64,000 nucleotides of DNA from Psammoneis japonica (taxonomy: Eukaryota). A model generated the notes under the pieces. That model searched no databases. It was not told the DNA's origin and saw only the letters and a list, made by a program, of their open reading frames with translations. Where the stretch lies: contig QPGO01000173.1 of assembly GCA_008632985.1 (NCBI GenBank), positions 62,001 through 126,000 of the forward strand, written 5' to 3'. Position 1 is the stretch's first letter; every line of letters starts with the position of its first letter. Positions 35,301 through 45,500 of the stretch are shown in pieces. Both the position numbers and the translations under genes were made by a program.

Positions 35301-36347
35301 AGTCATACCCCACACGGCCTGCTCCTTTCTCACCAGCTTCATTTCTTTCCTCCTCACTTCTGCCACCCGTGCTTCGAACTTGTCTTCGTAGTTGTTGAGT
35401 TTTGTAACTTTGATGCCCTGTAGCATGGCAGTAATAATCTCGACGCGCTCGTCCGCCACGGCAACACGCTTTCGTCGAATCCTTACAACCTCAAACGCGA
35501 CGCGCTTGGACAGAGGAACCAACCCAACCAGAATAAAGGCGCCAACCAGACAAGTAGGACCAATAATCAACAGGAGGGCCGTAACAACAATGACAATGGC
35601 CAAAGGAGCACTCCAAATCATGTGTGCCTCATGCATGACTTCAAATAGCTTTTGTGTATCGGTAGCAACCAAATTGGTAACCTGGCCAGAAGAAAGTCCC
35701 GCCCGACCCTCTGGGCTGAGAACCAGAGACTTTTTGTAAATGGCGGACATGACTGCTGTTCGGATAGTAATGCCGCTCTTGTACGCTAAGAACTGATGCC
35801 GATGAGTAAACAATGCATTGATTATCGCCATGGTGAATATCAGGATAGCAAAATGTATCGTTTCATTCAATACATATCCGCCTGGATTGTCCTCTAGTGC
35901 CTGCAAAAGTTGCATGACTAGTATTGGTATTGAAAGCTGAGAAAGTAGGGCAACGAGCTGGCAGAAACCGGCAGGAACAAAATCAGATGCGGCGAGATAC
36001 CACAGGGTACGGAGAAAGTTGTGATTTTCTCTATCATAAACTGACCAAAATTTGCTTCCCAAGTTTGCTGCTTCCATTTTCGTGGGCGTCCGGTAGAGGT
36101 CATCCTGGGTGAGCTGAACGTCCGAGCCCTTCTTTTTCTGTTGCGCTCCTTTGCGAAATATTGGACTCATGTATGCATACCACCACTGGTCGTAAAGGCC
36201 GGCTATTTTCGATTTCAGAGTCAGACGCGGTCGCTCCTCGGGCCAACACAACGACGAGGCACATTGCGACGTTCTTGTACCGTCCCCCTGTTCGGAGCAG
36301 CAGCATGAGCTTCCAGATTTGTCGCTTATCGACGGTTGCATGCCCAT
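32313..36347 (-). CDS. ABCC/MRP-type full ABC transporter (1344 aa, intronless)
   Basis: Two TMD-NBD halves; GQVASGKST, MSGGQKQR, GRTGAGKST, YSAGERQ, LDEATS, TIAHRL. Confidence 0.97.
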   Translation of the reverse strand: MGMQPSISDKSGSSCCCSEQGDGTRTSQCASSLCWPEERPRLTLKSKIAGLYDQWWYAYMSPIFRKGAQQKKKGSDVQLTQDDLYRTPTKMEAANLGSKFWSVYDRENHNFLRTLWYLAASDFVPAGFCQLVALLSQLSIPILVMQLLQALEDNPGGYVLNETIHFAILIFTMAIINALFTHRHQFLAYKSGITIRTAVMSAIYKKSLVLSPEGRAGLSSGQVTNLVATDTQKLFEVMHEAHMIWSAPLAIVIVVTALLLIIGPTCLVGAFILVGLVPLSKRVAFEVVRIRRKRVAVADERVEIITAMLQGIKVTKLNNYEDKFEARVAEVRRKEMKLVRKEQAVWGMTLVIRVFTPVLASAATFFTYTLAQDGNTLTASTTFTILMLFNMLKFPINQAGQLLSKAALGAQAAHRVSEFLTRDDRDLSLSTSTTSGCGNDVDKTLPVLEVKNASFHCGIDSEMSAGDEDLETSSPAFTLSSVNFTLGRGEVMAVVGQVASGKSTLIQGLLGDLQSTDDTIVESRGSVAYAGQSPFILSATVRDNILFGLKFDKDRYEKVLDACCLRPDMEMWPAGDLTEIGERGVTMSGGQKQRVSIARAVYANPDIALFDDILSALDAGTSQRVFDNLFEADDNGLLRNAGVVLVTHAVHVLQRVSHILILDNGEPIFYGTWSELEVFEPENQLHREKIESMRSSLQHGNKETSKTETKNGEDKGTSAAAETQDAAKGEIMTKEEREHGISSIQTWLIWFTYAGGFVFAIVQVILMACDRGSYVAIDWWLATWTSAIGKSITAFGREFPDQLEGRSAQLQYVAVYAILVVSLLCFLVARSQWAVFGGYRTAERLFSNMTRRVLHAPMSYFDTVPLGRVLNRFTYDVEVVDITLTQHMSIFIIACSWLIAGQIVMIAVLPWMAAVNAVVLFLYVLILRHYRWSAADLQRLDAVSRSPIQASLAEGLDGSSTIRAYHKNSYFLGIFQGYLDGNSSAMLNFLSSRRWLAVRLETLGAFVTLAACMFVISFNEQLQLSPGIAGLLIIWASAMTVTLGFLINAFSEAEAAITSIERMHSIELLPQERSMLTSEEVQLDSSWPRKGTLKFDCVKMRYRPGLALALDGLTFTLEHGERCAVVGRTGAGKSTLTAALFRLVEIEEGTISLDGVDLSLLGLSDVRGRPNGMSIIPQDPVLFSGTLKSNLDPFSSHSDEEILQALALVRFPGTDRGVAILDESVEEAGANYSAGERQLLCLARALLAKPKLLVLDEATSAVDGSTDEFVQEMLRSQFPETTLLTIAHRLNTVMDYDTVCVMDRGKCVEFGPPSSLLQNEDGKFTAMVNATGPESAAALKKMAN

Positions 36348-36569
36348 GGTTTTACTTTATCAAGAGATTCAACACCTTGTAGGGCCCTAGAGTGAGAAAA
36401 TCACCTGTGTACGTTTGAACTCCCTCTTTTCTCCAGCCTTCTGTCCCCAGTCACCGCCATTGCGAGAATCAAAGCAAGAACTTCTTCGAAGTTGCTGTGA
36501 CGCGAGACCGACCACGTGTGCACGCACTCTCGCACCAGGGCAATGGCCGATGGACAGACCTGCAACAGC

Positions 36570-36840
36570 TAGAGATGCGTATTCTAGGAGTGTTAGTCTA
36601 TGCCATTGCTCCGCTCTCTCTACTCTACTCTAGAGTCTCTAGCTAGAGTAGAGGGCTACTCTCTAGAAGGTAGGGCCCCTACTACTAGCTAGTACTGGTA
36701 GATAATAGCGAGCTAGCTAGAGAGTAGCGAGCTAGTCGCAGGAGTAGTCTAGCTAGCTTCATCTAGAGAGAGTAGCTCTAGAGTAGCCGCAGTAGTCGGT
36801 CGCAGTGGTAGAGTAGGTAGTAGTAGCAGCAGCAGCTAGT
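36570..36840. other. CTAG/TAG-saturated low-complexity island upstream of the ABCC gene
   Basis: CTCTAGAGTCTCTAGCTAGAGTAGAGGGCTACT...GCTAGCTAG...GTAGTAGTAG. Confidence 0.8.
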
Positions 36841-37507
36841 GTCATCCTCCTTGCGGCCTTTACACAGTACCAGCATGCAGACATCTTCACACCTCGGATG
36901 TAGCTACACGGTTACAAATCAACTAACTGTGTTGTTGCAAAGACCTGTTTTGCATGTGTCCTGAGTGACTTATTTCACACATGAAATGGGCACATCCACT
37001 GAGCTTCTGCAACATAAGTGGGGCTATGAAGAGGAGGCCGCACATGACATGGGCCCAGATCAGCGCATTGATGTTACCACACAAGATTTGGGATTCACCT
37101 CACCGCTGTGGCATAGAACGGGTTCCAACGCAAGGGCCCCGCAAGTTCAATGAGATGAATGCGTACAACAAGAGGCGTCCACAAAACTTTCTTGGTTTCA
37201 TCAGAGTCGAGGTTTACCAACAAGGAGCTGCATGCAGGAGGCCTTCAACCGAATTCCTTGAGGGACCAAGGTTAGATCAAGCCAAAAACCTTCCTTTACC
37301 GTGTTCAGATTAAAAAGATCAGATTTAGATGCGAGAGACTACGATTTTCTTTAACGGAAAGACCATATTTAGTAAACGATAGAACTATGTAATGGCACCG
37401 TCCACGTTCAATGTAAAACACTGTGCTACCTTTCTTGCATGCAAGATTCAAAGATGGGTGCATCAACGGATACGTAACTGTGACATGGTTCTGAAAATTC
37501 GACTGTC

Positions 37508-37837
37508 TCATTTCTTTGTCTTGAGCCTTTCCCTCTTTCGACGTTTCCTTAGCTTGTGTTTGTTCATCTTTGCCCGCCTTTTCTTGAGCGTACTGCTCAT
37601 TTGCCAAATCGATCTCTCAAAATACTCAACCCATGGTGTAGCGCCTGTAACCATCCCGTCGAGCCACGTTGAAGCTCCATCAAAAACGCTAGTCTGAACA
37701 CTCCAAAAGGAGCCACGGTGCACTATTGCTTGCGGTGCAGTCTGGAGTTGTAGGCTTGGGCAAGCAGTAGCAAAGGAACGCGCCCTGCTGATGCTACATC
37801 CTCGAGCAAATAATTGTCGGTGTGCGACGGAAAACAT
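37508..37837 (-). CDS. Mitochondrial ribosomal protein mS38 (COX24/AURKAIP1, DUF1713)
   Basis: Arg/Ser-rich transit peptide MFSVAHRQLFARG; C-terminal SSTLKKRRAKMNKHKLRKRRKR. Confidence 0.85.
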   Translation of the reverse strand: MFSVAHRQLFARGCSISRARSFATACPSLQLQTAPQAIVHRGSFWSVQTSVFDGASTWLDGMVTGATPWVEYFERSIWQMSSTLKKRRAKMNKHKLRKRRKRERLKTKK

Positions 37838-38194
37838 AACGACAAAAATTCCGCTCTCTTTTTCTTTCCTGCCAACTCGAACTTCTGTTTTCAAGATACG
37901 TTATCTGCCTCTCTACTCGGCTTTTGTTTCTCGTCGTAGCAAGTGCTGTGCTTTGGTATGGTACGGTAGACAGTGGGATGCTCAAAGCCGATCGATCACC
38001 GCAATGTCGCTGCGTTTGCTCATCATTGTCTGTGTCTGGTTTGAGGTGGGCAGGCGGACAGACGGGTGAGGGAAGGGCAGACCGACCGACAGATGTACCT
38101 ACGGCACATAAGACAACAGATGCTTCGGAGTAGAAGCGAAGCAAGCACGCAAGCAAGCAAGGAAGGATGTGACACCACCAATGGTGATTTTTTA

Positions 38195-39316
38195 CGCTCC
38201 CTCAAGTGAAACTTTGGGCCATGAAAAACCTTTGAGAGAGCACAAAGAAAATTGCAGCCTCCAGGCATTTGTGGCTGCACTGCCTTCACAAGGGCCAAAG
38301 CAAAAAAAGCAAGAAGCGCCTTCGAGAGAGTGGAGCGGTGTGTTGTTGAGGGCAGCAGCAGCGTGACAAAGAATGCACATGCATCTGTGAGAGGGGTGCA
38401 GCACTGCACAAAGCATCCAACACATGGTGGGGTGGAGACTGGGCAAGTGATGCAAATGAGGCACGTTGGGTGTTTGTTGAGGGTGCAAGCAGCGGCGCCG
38501 GTGACGAGAGAGATTCTTGCACGCAGAGGCTGCAGCAGCATGGTCGACAGCCTCGGGCAAATTTTTGCAACAAACAACAAGGTCACACAACAATGGGGCA
38601 CATGCGAAAAACACACCACAGGGCTTTTTAGGACACACGTGTGGTGCTGATGCCAAGACGAATCAACAAGAAACTGATCATGATGCTGCAGCATGCCTGG
38701 CACTGAACTGGCAGGTTGGACCGAGGCAGGCAAAACAAAAAAAGACAGTTGCCAAGACAATGAGCACACACAGATGTGTGAACAAGTATGTTGCTGGCTG
38801 CACACTGCAGACATGGTGCCAGTGCACGGCAGCACCAGACAACAACTGAAAGTGTGCTCCTCTTGCTGGCTGGGAAAAGAAACGGCGGGGAGCTTTCTTT
38901 TGCACGTGGCAGCCCAGCAGCGGCAGTCTGTTCTTGATGCTGAGCAACAATGTGGCATCACACTCAAATGATGCAGGCTCACATGTGAACACTGCTGGGT
39001 GGCATGTGCTGGACCCACACGTTGGCTGCAAGCCAGTGAGTGTGCAAAAGAAGAAGCAAGACAGCAGCAGCTCCTGGGTGTTCTTGCTGGGCACACTGTG
39101 CTTGCCAGGTGGGAGGTCAGTGGGTCCCTCCTCTGATGTGCAGTTTGCTCAACAATTTTCTGGACTTCAAATCTGACAGCAGACCCTTTCCATTCGAGAG
39201 AATGGTCTGAAAGTTCTGCAGAGAGGCGCGGGAATCATCGAGCCCGATGCGTTCGTCTGCTTTTCCCGTGCGCGAGGTTTCGCGCGACTCACGACTCACG
39301 CAGGATCCGAAAAAAT
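38195..39316. pseudogene. Second TpA-void hypermutated tract
   Basis: Only 2 TpA (38629, 38787) in about 1.1 kb; spurious Cys/His-rich ORFs on both strands. Confidence 0.65.
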
Positions 39317-39455
39317 TATATATCATATACTTATGAATTTATGAAGAATCATAAATCGGTTCTACTTTTCATTCTGGTATTCATGTATGCCCACCATGCT
39401 GACATTGAATAGAGGATACAAAATGAATTATATATTAATTTATGAGTATATAATT
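39314..39455. mobile_element. Possible small AT-rich MITE
   Basis: Ends ATATACTTATGAATT and AATTTATGAGTATAT are imperfect inverted repeats; abrupt AT/TA-rich insert. Confidence 0.35.
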
Positions 39456-39701
39456 CATTCGAAAACATTTCGCTTTCGGCGACCACAAGATTTCGCAGCC
39501 ATCGCCTATTTTCGCACACACCATTCGCGTTTCTTCATGACGCCCATTGAACTTCTAATACATAAGCAGTAGCAAGTGACGACCAATCAAGAAAATTAAA
39601 AGAGACGTTAGTGTAAGGAGCCTAGGAGCATCCCATTATTTGTTACTTGCCTTTCCTGTTTGCAGAGCCGAAGCCGTTGTTATCAATCATCAAGCAGCAA
39701 A

Positions 39702-42392
39702 ATGAGAACGAAGAAACCAAGCACAGGAGTTCGGAGGCAGCGAAATAGTGAGTTGATGCAAGGAGATGATCCGAAAATTAGAGTAAGAGACCCAGACGTG
39801 ACCAGTAATTCAGAAAGCGGAGAAAAGACCAGCAGCTTGTCTCCCTCTGCGGTCAAGCGAGCCAATTCAATGGGTGAGTTGGACTCCGCGGATAACTTGT
39901 ACAATCGCGGCGTCTTTCCCCACACTTCAACTGGAATATCTACCGACAAGTACCTTCATGGTGTACTTTCTGACTCGACTGATGACTCCTCAAGAGCCAT
40001 TTGGAGGAGCTATACAGATGATGAAAGGACATTCGGGAACGAAGAAGATGACGGTGATGAGATACGATCACCTTGCGTCTCCTTCAGAGACAAGCTAGAA
40101 GACGAGGATAATGGTGACTGTGAGCGATTCGCTCCATCACCAAGAAGCAGTTCTCCCCTCCAATCGATTCTTCGTTCGATCTCATCTCCAGCCAAGTCCA
40201 TGAAAGAAAACAACGCTACAAAGGATCAGCCGTTCAGATCCTTGTCTCCGTTTGGTTTCTGGTCGATGGGGAAAGAGGAAGAAAACAATGAAACATCAAA
40301 ATCGATTCCATATCCAGAGAAGCGCAAAGATGATTCTACCGCCGCTTCAACTGCGGACTCTCAAGAACAAAATCAAGTCCACCTGGTTCGTGGTGTTTCC
40401 TTGCGGAAAGAGCACCTTGAACCACAGGAGGCTGATGATCTAGAGGATGAAGGTGTCGAAATAGTAGACGGTCGACTCAGCAAGGGAACTTTTCAAAAGC
40501 TACAGAAAAAACTCACAGAACGTGCTTCGACCTCAAAGTCGATGGCTTCAGTGAATTCGATCGGGAAGCCCCACCCATCAGAAATTCCTGCGAACAATGA
40601 AGCTGCGGAGAAGATGGTTTCGTCCGAAGAAGAAAAAGAACAAATTGAACTTCAAGAAGCAAACCTTGATGAAGGTGTCGAAGTACAGATTGGTCAACTC
40701 AGCAGCCAAGCCTTTCAAGCCGTACGGAGGGTTTCGCCGACAAAGACGATTACTTCAGTGAATTCGACCTCGAAAGCCCACCCATCAGCTACTGATACGA
40801 ACAAGGAATATGCGGAAAAGATTGCTTCGTCAACGGATCGTAATGATGTAACAAGCAATGAGCCTGTGGAGTCAGCTGCTTGTATAGAAGTCCCCAAAAA
40901 CGTAACAAGCAAGGGATTTCAGGAAAAGACTGCTTCATCGGAGGAGTGCACTGTTGCTGCGGAACCCGTCGAGAAGATTGCTTCTCCCGAGAAATGCAAT
41001 GAAGCTACAAATAAGGGACTCATGGAAACACCTGCCGTGGCACCCGACAAACTGACGTTGCCTCCTCCAGCTCAAGAAGAAAGCGTGCAAGAGACACAGG
41101 AAAAAGATTCAAGTTCAAAAGAAAATTCGGTGTGTAAGAAGACTCCCAAGGTAAAAGCCGCTGAGAAATTGCAGAAAAACTCCGTACAAAGCACTAAGAA
41201 GAGCGACAAGAAGAGAAGTAGAGGCAAGCGTCGCAAAGACAAAAAGCTAGACAGCGTGCCAGCAGAGATCGCTTTTGACGCTGCGAAGCAAGAGATACCC
41301 ATGACAAAATCGCGAACCAACCGCAGTGGCACCTCAAACCTTCTCATCACAGAGGAAACCGAAAACAAATTTGGGGAAAGGGACCTTGACATAATTGACA
41401 TTGCGCCTCCTACTGCCACTCGAGATGCAAAATTTTTGGAAAAGTCTGTACAAAGCGTACAGTCAATACTTGACGCCCCACCCATTGAATCAAGTAATCC
41501 GTGTTCTACCATTGTACCGAATGATGACATAGCCAGGATGGTGGGAGCTATGTCATGTCCGGCAGATTTTGGTCTTTTCGAGAACGCCTTTCAATCCAAC
41601 GATGTTCCTGAAAAGAACGCACAAGAAGCCTCGGAGTATGTAAAAGACAAACAAGGACAGTCGCTTCTCAATGCTTCTGGTTTCCAGAAAGCAAAATCAA
41701 GAAATGTGCTATGTGAGAAATGTTCCATGGCAGGTGACAATGGCAGCGACGGCAAGGTTTGTCACAATTGCTTGATGCTTCGTGTAAGATCAACAGTAGG
41801 CTCCGGCGCAGCGAGAAGAGCTGAGCGAACCAAGGGTAAAAGCGGAGCAAAACAAAAGTCAGAGCCGGCAAAAGTAGCTGCTGTCAACACCAAGGACCCA
41901 CCACACAGCTCAAGTGATAGGCAGGAAAACATTGAAAGCACCATGGACCTTTCAGGATTTCCCACTACTTTGATCGATCCACGCGAAACTTGTTTTGGGG
42001 ATGCCAACGAGAACGTGGATCGCATGTGTGCCTTGTTCCCTAAGAAGCTCCTGTCGGCGTACAGCAGCCACCTTGAAGGAGAAGGAGTTGGTGGAGGTCA
42101 AGGATCCAGCGCAAAGCACAAGAGCTCTCGATCCAAATACAGATCCGTATCAAAGAGAGCTCGAGAACGAGGACCCGTTCCAATATCTGAAATCGAGATC
42201 CCCGCCGAGAGTGATAGGGATATTCTAAGGACGGTTTCTAGCTTGACGACAAAAAAGAAGAAGACGCCTGAAGGAGGAGCAGCTAAACAAAGGAGTGTGA
42301 AGTTGCAGGCCCAAGCGAAAGAGGTTGCACCTGAGTCACCAAAATCGGCCAAAGGATTTAGGAAATTATTTGCCGGCACAAAAAGGAATTGA
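39702..42392 (+). CDS. Large intrinsically disordered hypothetical protein
   Basis: Long uninterrupted S/E/K-rich ORF; internal repeat DEGVE..G.LS...FQ...S.NS..K.HPS twice; one CxxC...CxxC (CEKC...CHNC). Confidence 0.75.
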   Translation: MRTKKPSTGVRRQRNSELMQGDDPKIRVRDPDVTSNSESGEKTSSLSPSAVKRANSMGELDSADNLYNRGVFPHTSTGISTDKYLHGVLSDSTDDSSRAIWRSYTDDERTFGNEEDDGDEIRSPCVSFRDKLEDEDNGDCERFAPSPRSSSPLQSILRSISSPAKSMKENNATKDQPFRSLSPFGFWSMGKEEENNETSKSIPYPEKRKDDSTAASTADSQEQNQVHLVRGVSLRKEHLEPQEADDLEDEGVEIVDGRLSKGTFQKLQKKLTERASTSKSMASVNSIGKPHPSEIPANNEAAEKMVSSEEEKEQIELQEANLDEGVEVQIGQLSSQAFQAVRRVSPTKTITSVNSTSKAHPSATDTNKEYAEKIASSTDRNDVTSNEPVESAACIEVPKNVTSKGFQEKTASSEECTVAAEPVEKIASPEKCNEATNKGLMETPAVAPDKLTLPPPAQEESVQETQEKDSSSKENSVCKKTPKVKAAEKLQKNSVQSTKKSDKKRSRGKRRKDKKLDSVPAEIAFDAAKQEIPMTKSRTNRSGTSNLLITEETENKFGERDLDIIDIAPPTATRDAKFLEKSVQSVQSILDAPPIESSNPCSTIVPNDDIARMVGAMSCPADFGLFENAFQSNDVPEKNAQEASEYVKDKQGQSLLNASGFQKAKSRNVLCEKCSMAGDNGSDGKVCHNCLMLRVRSTVGSGAARRAERTKGKSGAKQKSEPAKVAAVNTKDPPHSSSDRQENIESTMDLSGFPTTLIDPRETCFGDANENVDRMCALFPKKLLSAYSSHLEGEGVGGGQGSSAKHKSSRSKYRSVSKRARERGPVPISEIEIPAESDRDILRTVSSLTTKKKKTPEGGAAKQRSVKLQAQAKEVAPESPKSAKGFRKLFAGTKRN

Positions 42393-42540
42393 CAATTGCA
42401 ACCGAAAGATGAGAGATGCATAAGGTAATGTGCTAAAGTGATGCTTCATCACAGATATATTTTATAGTGGAATTGTATGAAACAGACAAAGCCTGAGCAA
42501 GAATGCTTTACTACATTAGTAACTCCTCGTTTCCTGTGCT

Positions 42541-45500
42541 TCATTCGCCTTGTTGGGCAGTAGTTGAGCGACGTCTCTCGGCTCGCTCCTCGCGTGAGAG
42601 GGGTAACGCCAATAGATCACCAATCTTGTGGTAGCGTTTTCTTGAAAAGTTCACCGAGTCACGAAATTCTTTTCCATTGGCGGCAGCGGCGTAGGTGCAA
42701 TAAACAATGGGACGACACGAGCCACTTGAATTCCCCAAGCCCCGGTGGCCTAACCGGTAATCAAAAATGACCGGCGTCCCAGCTTTCGCAAGCGGTGTCT
42801 CGGCCCTTTCTTTGACAAATTCTTCGTGCCCCAAAATGTGTGTGCCCAAACAAAATTCTGTAGGGCCATTGCGGTTCGTCAAATCCACAAGCGGTATGAA
42901 AACATTGATAGCATGGCACGGCTTCTGGTACTTCTCCGTCAAATGCGGACCATCTTGGTGATAGACCTGTGGTTCAGAGCCAGGCATGGACAAGAAGGCG
43001 CCCTTGTGAATTAGTATCACGTCTTGCCCCAAGATTTCCCGTACGATAGGCATCCACGACGCGTTCTGAAGATCCGTCAAAAACGAAAACTCTGGTGTAT
43101 CGAAAACTGGTAGTTCCATGTCGTAACGACCACGGCCACGTTCGCGCAGCAAATCAAAACCGTCGGCCAATTCTGCATGAAGCGCCTTTGCCTTGACGGT
43201 ATGCATGACCTTGTCATAGTGTTCCATGATTGCCTTGTGACACAGCTCCATCTGCGCCTGTCCGAGACGCCAATGCACCGATGGAGTAAGGCTATTTTTG
43301 ATGCGCTCTACACTGCCTCGCTTCCGCTTGATGACCGGTTTCGTTTCTTTAGCTTTGGTGCCTGACTCTTCCTTTGCGTCCGACGAGACTTCCGTGCTTT
43401 TACATACTGCAATATCGTTGGTTGGAGGCTCGAGGGGTGGCGAGGGAGTGACACGCGAAGCATTACAACTATCTCCTGCCGCTGTGGTAGATTCGGCATG
43501 CCTCTTCTCTTCGAACGCGGTAGGTAGTGACTCTCCCGACGCCGTCGTTATTTCCACAATTCGTGTTGGTGACAACGTCGCGCTAACGGAAACTGGCGCT
43601 TCCTTTGAACAACCTTCAACATCAACAGCAGCTTCTACATTTGTGCCAACTGCTGCGGACTCGTGTGTGTTTTTCCTCTCTTCCTCCTTTCGTTCCTTTT
43701 CAGCCACTTCCTTCCATTTATTGTGAATTTCTTCAGGCAGCGTCTTCCATTCACGTCGCAATTCATGCTCTGCATCCTTCAACGTAAACCGAATGGGGTC
43801 TTTGTCACCCACAGCCGAACTCGCTTCCCCTTCGTTTGCAGTGTCTGTGGAAGCTGCTGCAGCTTCTGCTTTGAGCTTTGCAAGCTTCTTGTTCCGATAC
43901 GATACTCGTACATGACGAATGTAGCACTCTAGCGGCGAAAACGAACGTTTCTTTGGCTGACTATTCGCGGGGCGCACCGGTTCATCCGGGAGCGAGTCTT
44001 GATACACTTTTGCCTTGGCGGACCACTCTTCTTTATCTTTTTCGTCTAGCGTCCTCCACTTTAGCTTGAGCTCCTTGTCTGCGTCCGCCAAGGTGTAGCG
44101 AATTTTGGGCTTCTTAGAAGGGATAATAACTACAGGATGCGGATTGGAACTTGACGAAGCTGATGACGGCTGTTTCACGACGGGTAACGTGGTCGACTCG
44201 GATGAATGCACATGTTCCTTGGGAGAAATAATAGCACTGGGCATTGAGTTTAAACCCTTTGCTTGCTGTTGCACCGAATGTGATTCGGTGACCTGCTTAT
44301 TGGGAGAAAGACTGACGGGTGCCTCTGTTGAACCTTTTGCAGAGGTAGCTGGTTGCGCTCGAGGTTTCTGTTCCTCGGGAGGAAGATTAGCGGCAGGTAG
44401 TTGCGCTCGAGGTTTCTGTTCATCGGGAGAAGAACTAGCAGAAGGCTGCTGATTTGAATGCTCTGCAGACTGTTGTGCTGGTTGAGGCGGTTGTTTCTTG
44501 GCAAGGTGAGCTGCCGGCTGTGGGTCTGGAGCTTGAGTTGACGGTTGTGAAACAGGCCACCCAAGCAAATGTCGAGCAAACCCCGTAGCCTTTTGCGCTG
44601 CTGCACGCAATGGCGACGATGACGACGACAATCCAGAATTCATTTGTAGGGCATAATGGTGGTTGCGTGGGTTCAATGCTTGCACCAGCAATGGTTGGTC
44701 CATGGCAGCCATTGCCATTTGCTGCACCATAAAGGGATGACGTTGATCAAGCAAGACATTGTTATTCGGACCCGCCGCCATGAGTGCGGCACGGCTCTGT
44801 GCGGTTCGGTCCGATTGATTCATCAAACAAGACTGCGCTGCGGCATGGGGTGGTACAACACCACTGTTCCAAGATGCCACTGGCAGAGAGATACCCGCAG
44901 CAGCGGGCGGCTGAACTGAAGCAACTCGAGAGATACCCGCCACCGGATGTTGATCAGAAGACGGTTGAGAGATACCCGCCGCGGTAGGTTGATCAGAAGA
45001 AGCCGAGACGTATCCACCGCAGAAGCTTGGCTAGATGCAGTATCACTGTTTGAGGGTGCTGTGGACTGTAAAGAAGGTTGCGATACTTGCGTTGACGAAG
45101 CACCATCCTGAGCGGCTTGTGCCAGATCGGACGAAGCATCTTTTTGCTGCATCGTCGTTGGATGATTCTGCAAGTCCGTGGAGTTCTTCTTTTCTTTTTC
45201 ACCTCCTTGGCTGCTTGTTCCTCGAGTTCCTTCAACTTGTTTTGACGATACTCTTCCCGATGACACTTTACAAAGTATTGCATACCCGTGATTCGACGTG
45301 GTTTCTTGGCTGGTGGAGGCTGTCCGTTTCATCCCCATTACCAGTATTTCCTTTTCGGCGGAGTCTTCTTGTTCTTCCTCTTGCTCTCTTCGGATTCCTC
45401 TTCCTCCATTTCCTCTTCCATTTGTTTGAATCGCTCCTCTTGCCACGATTCTTCTTGTCCCACCACCCACAATCCGTCTCGCAAAAAGCGAATCTTGCCC

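Noticed and set aside
36850..37290. Possible third TpA-depleted tract (CA/TG-rich look)
   Set aside because: Roughly 15 TpA remain in about 450 bp; at most a partial signature.
38023..39096. 357-aa Cys-rich ORF resembling a metal-binding protein
   Set aside because: Same compositional artefact; open mainly because stop codons containing TA are absent.
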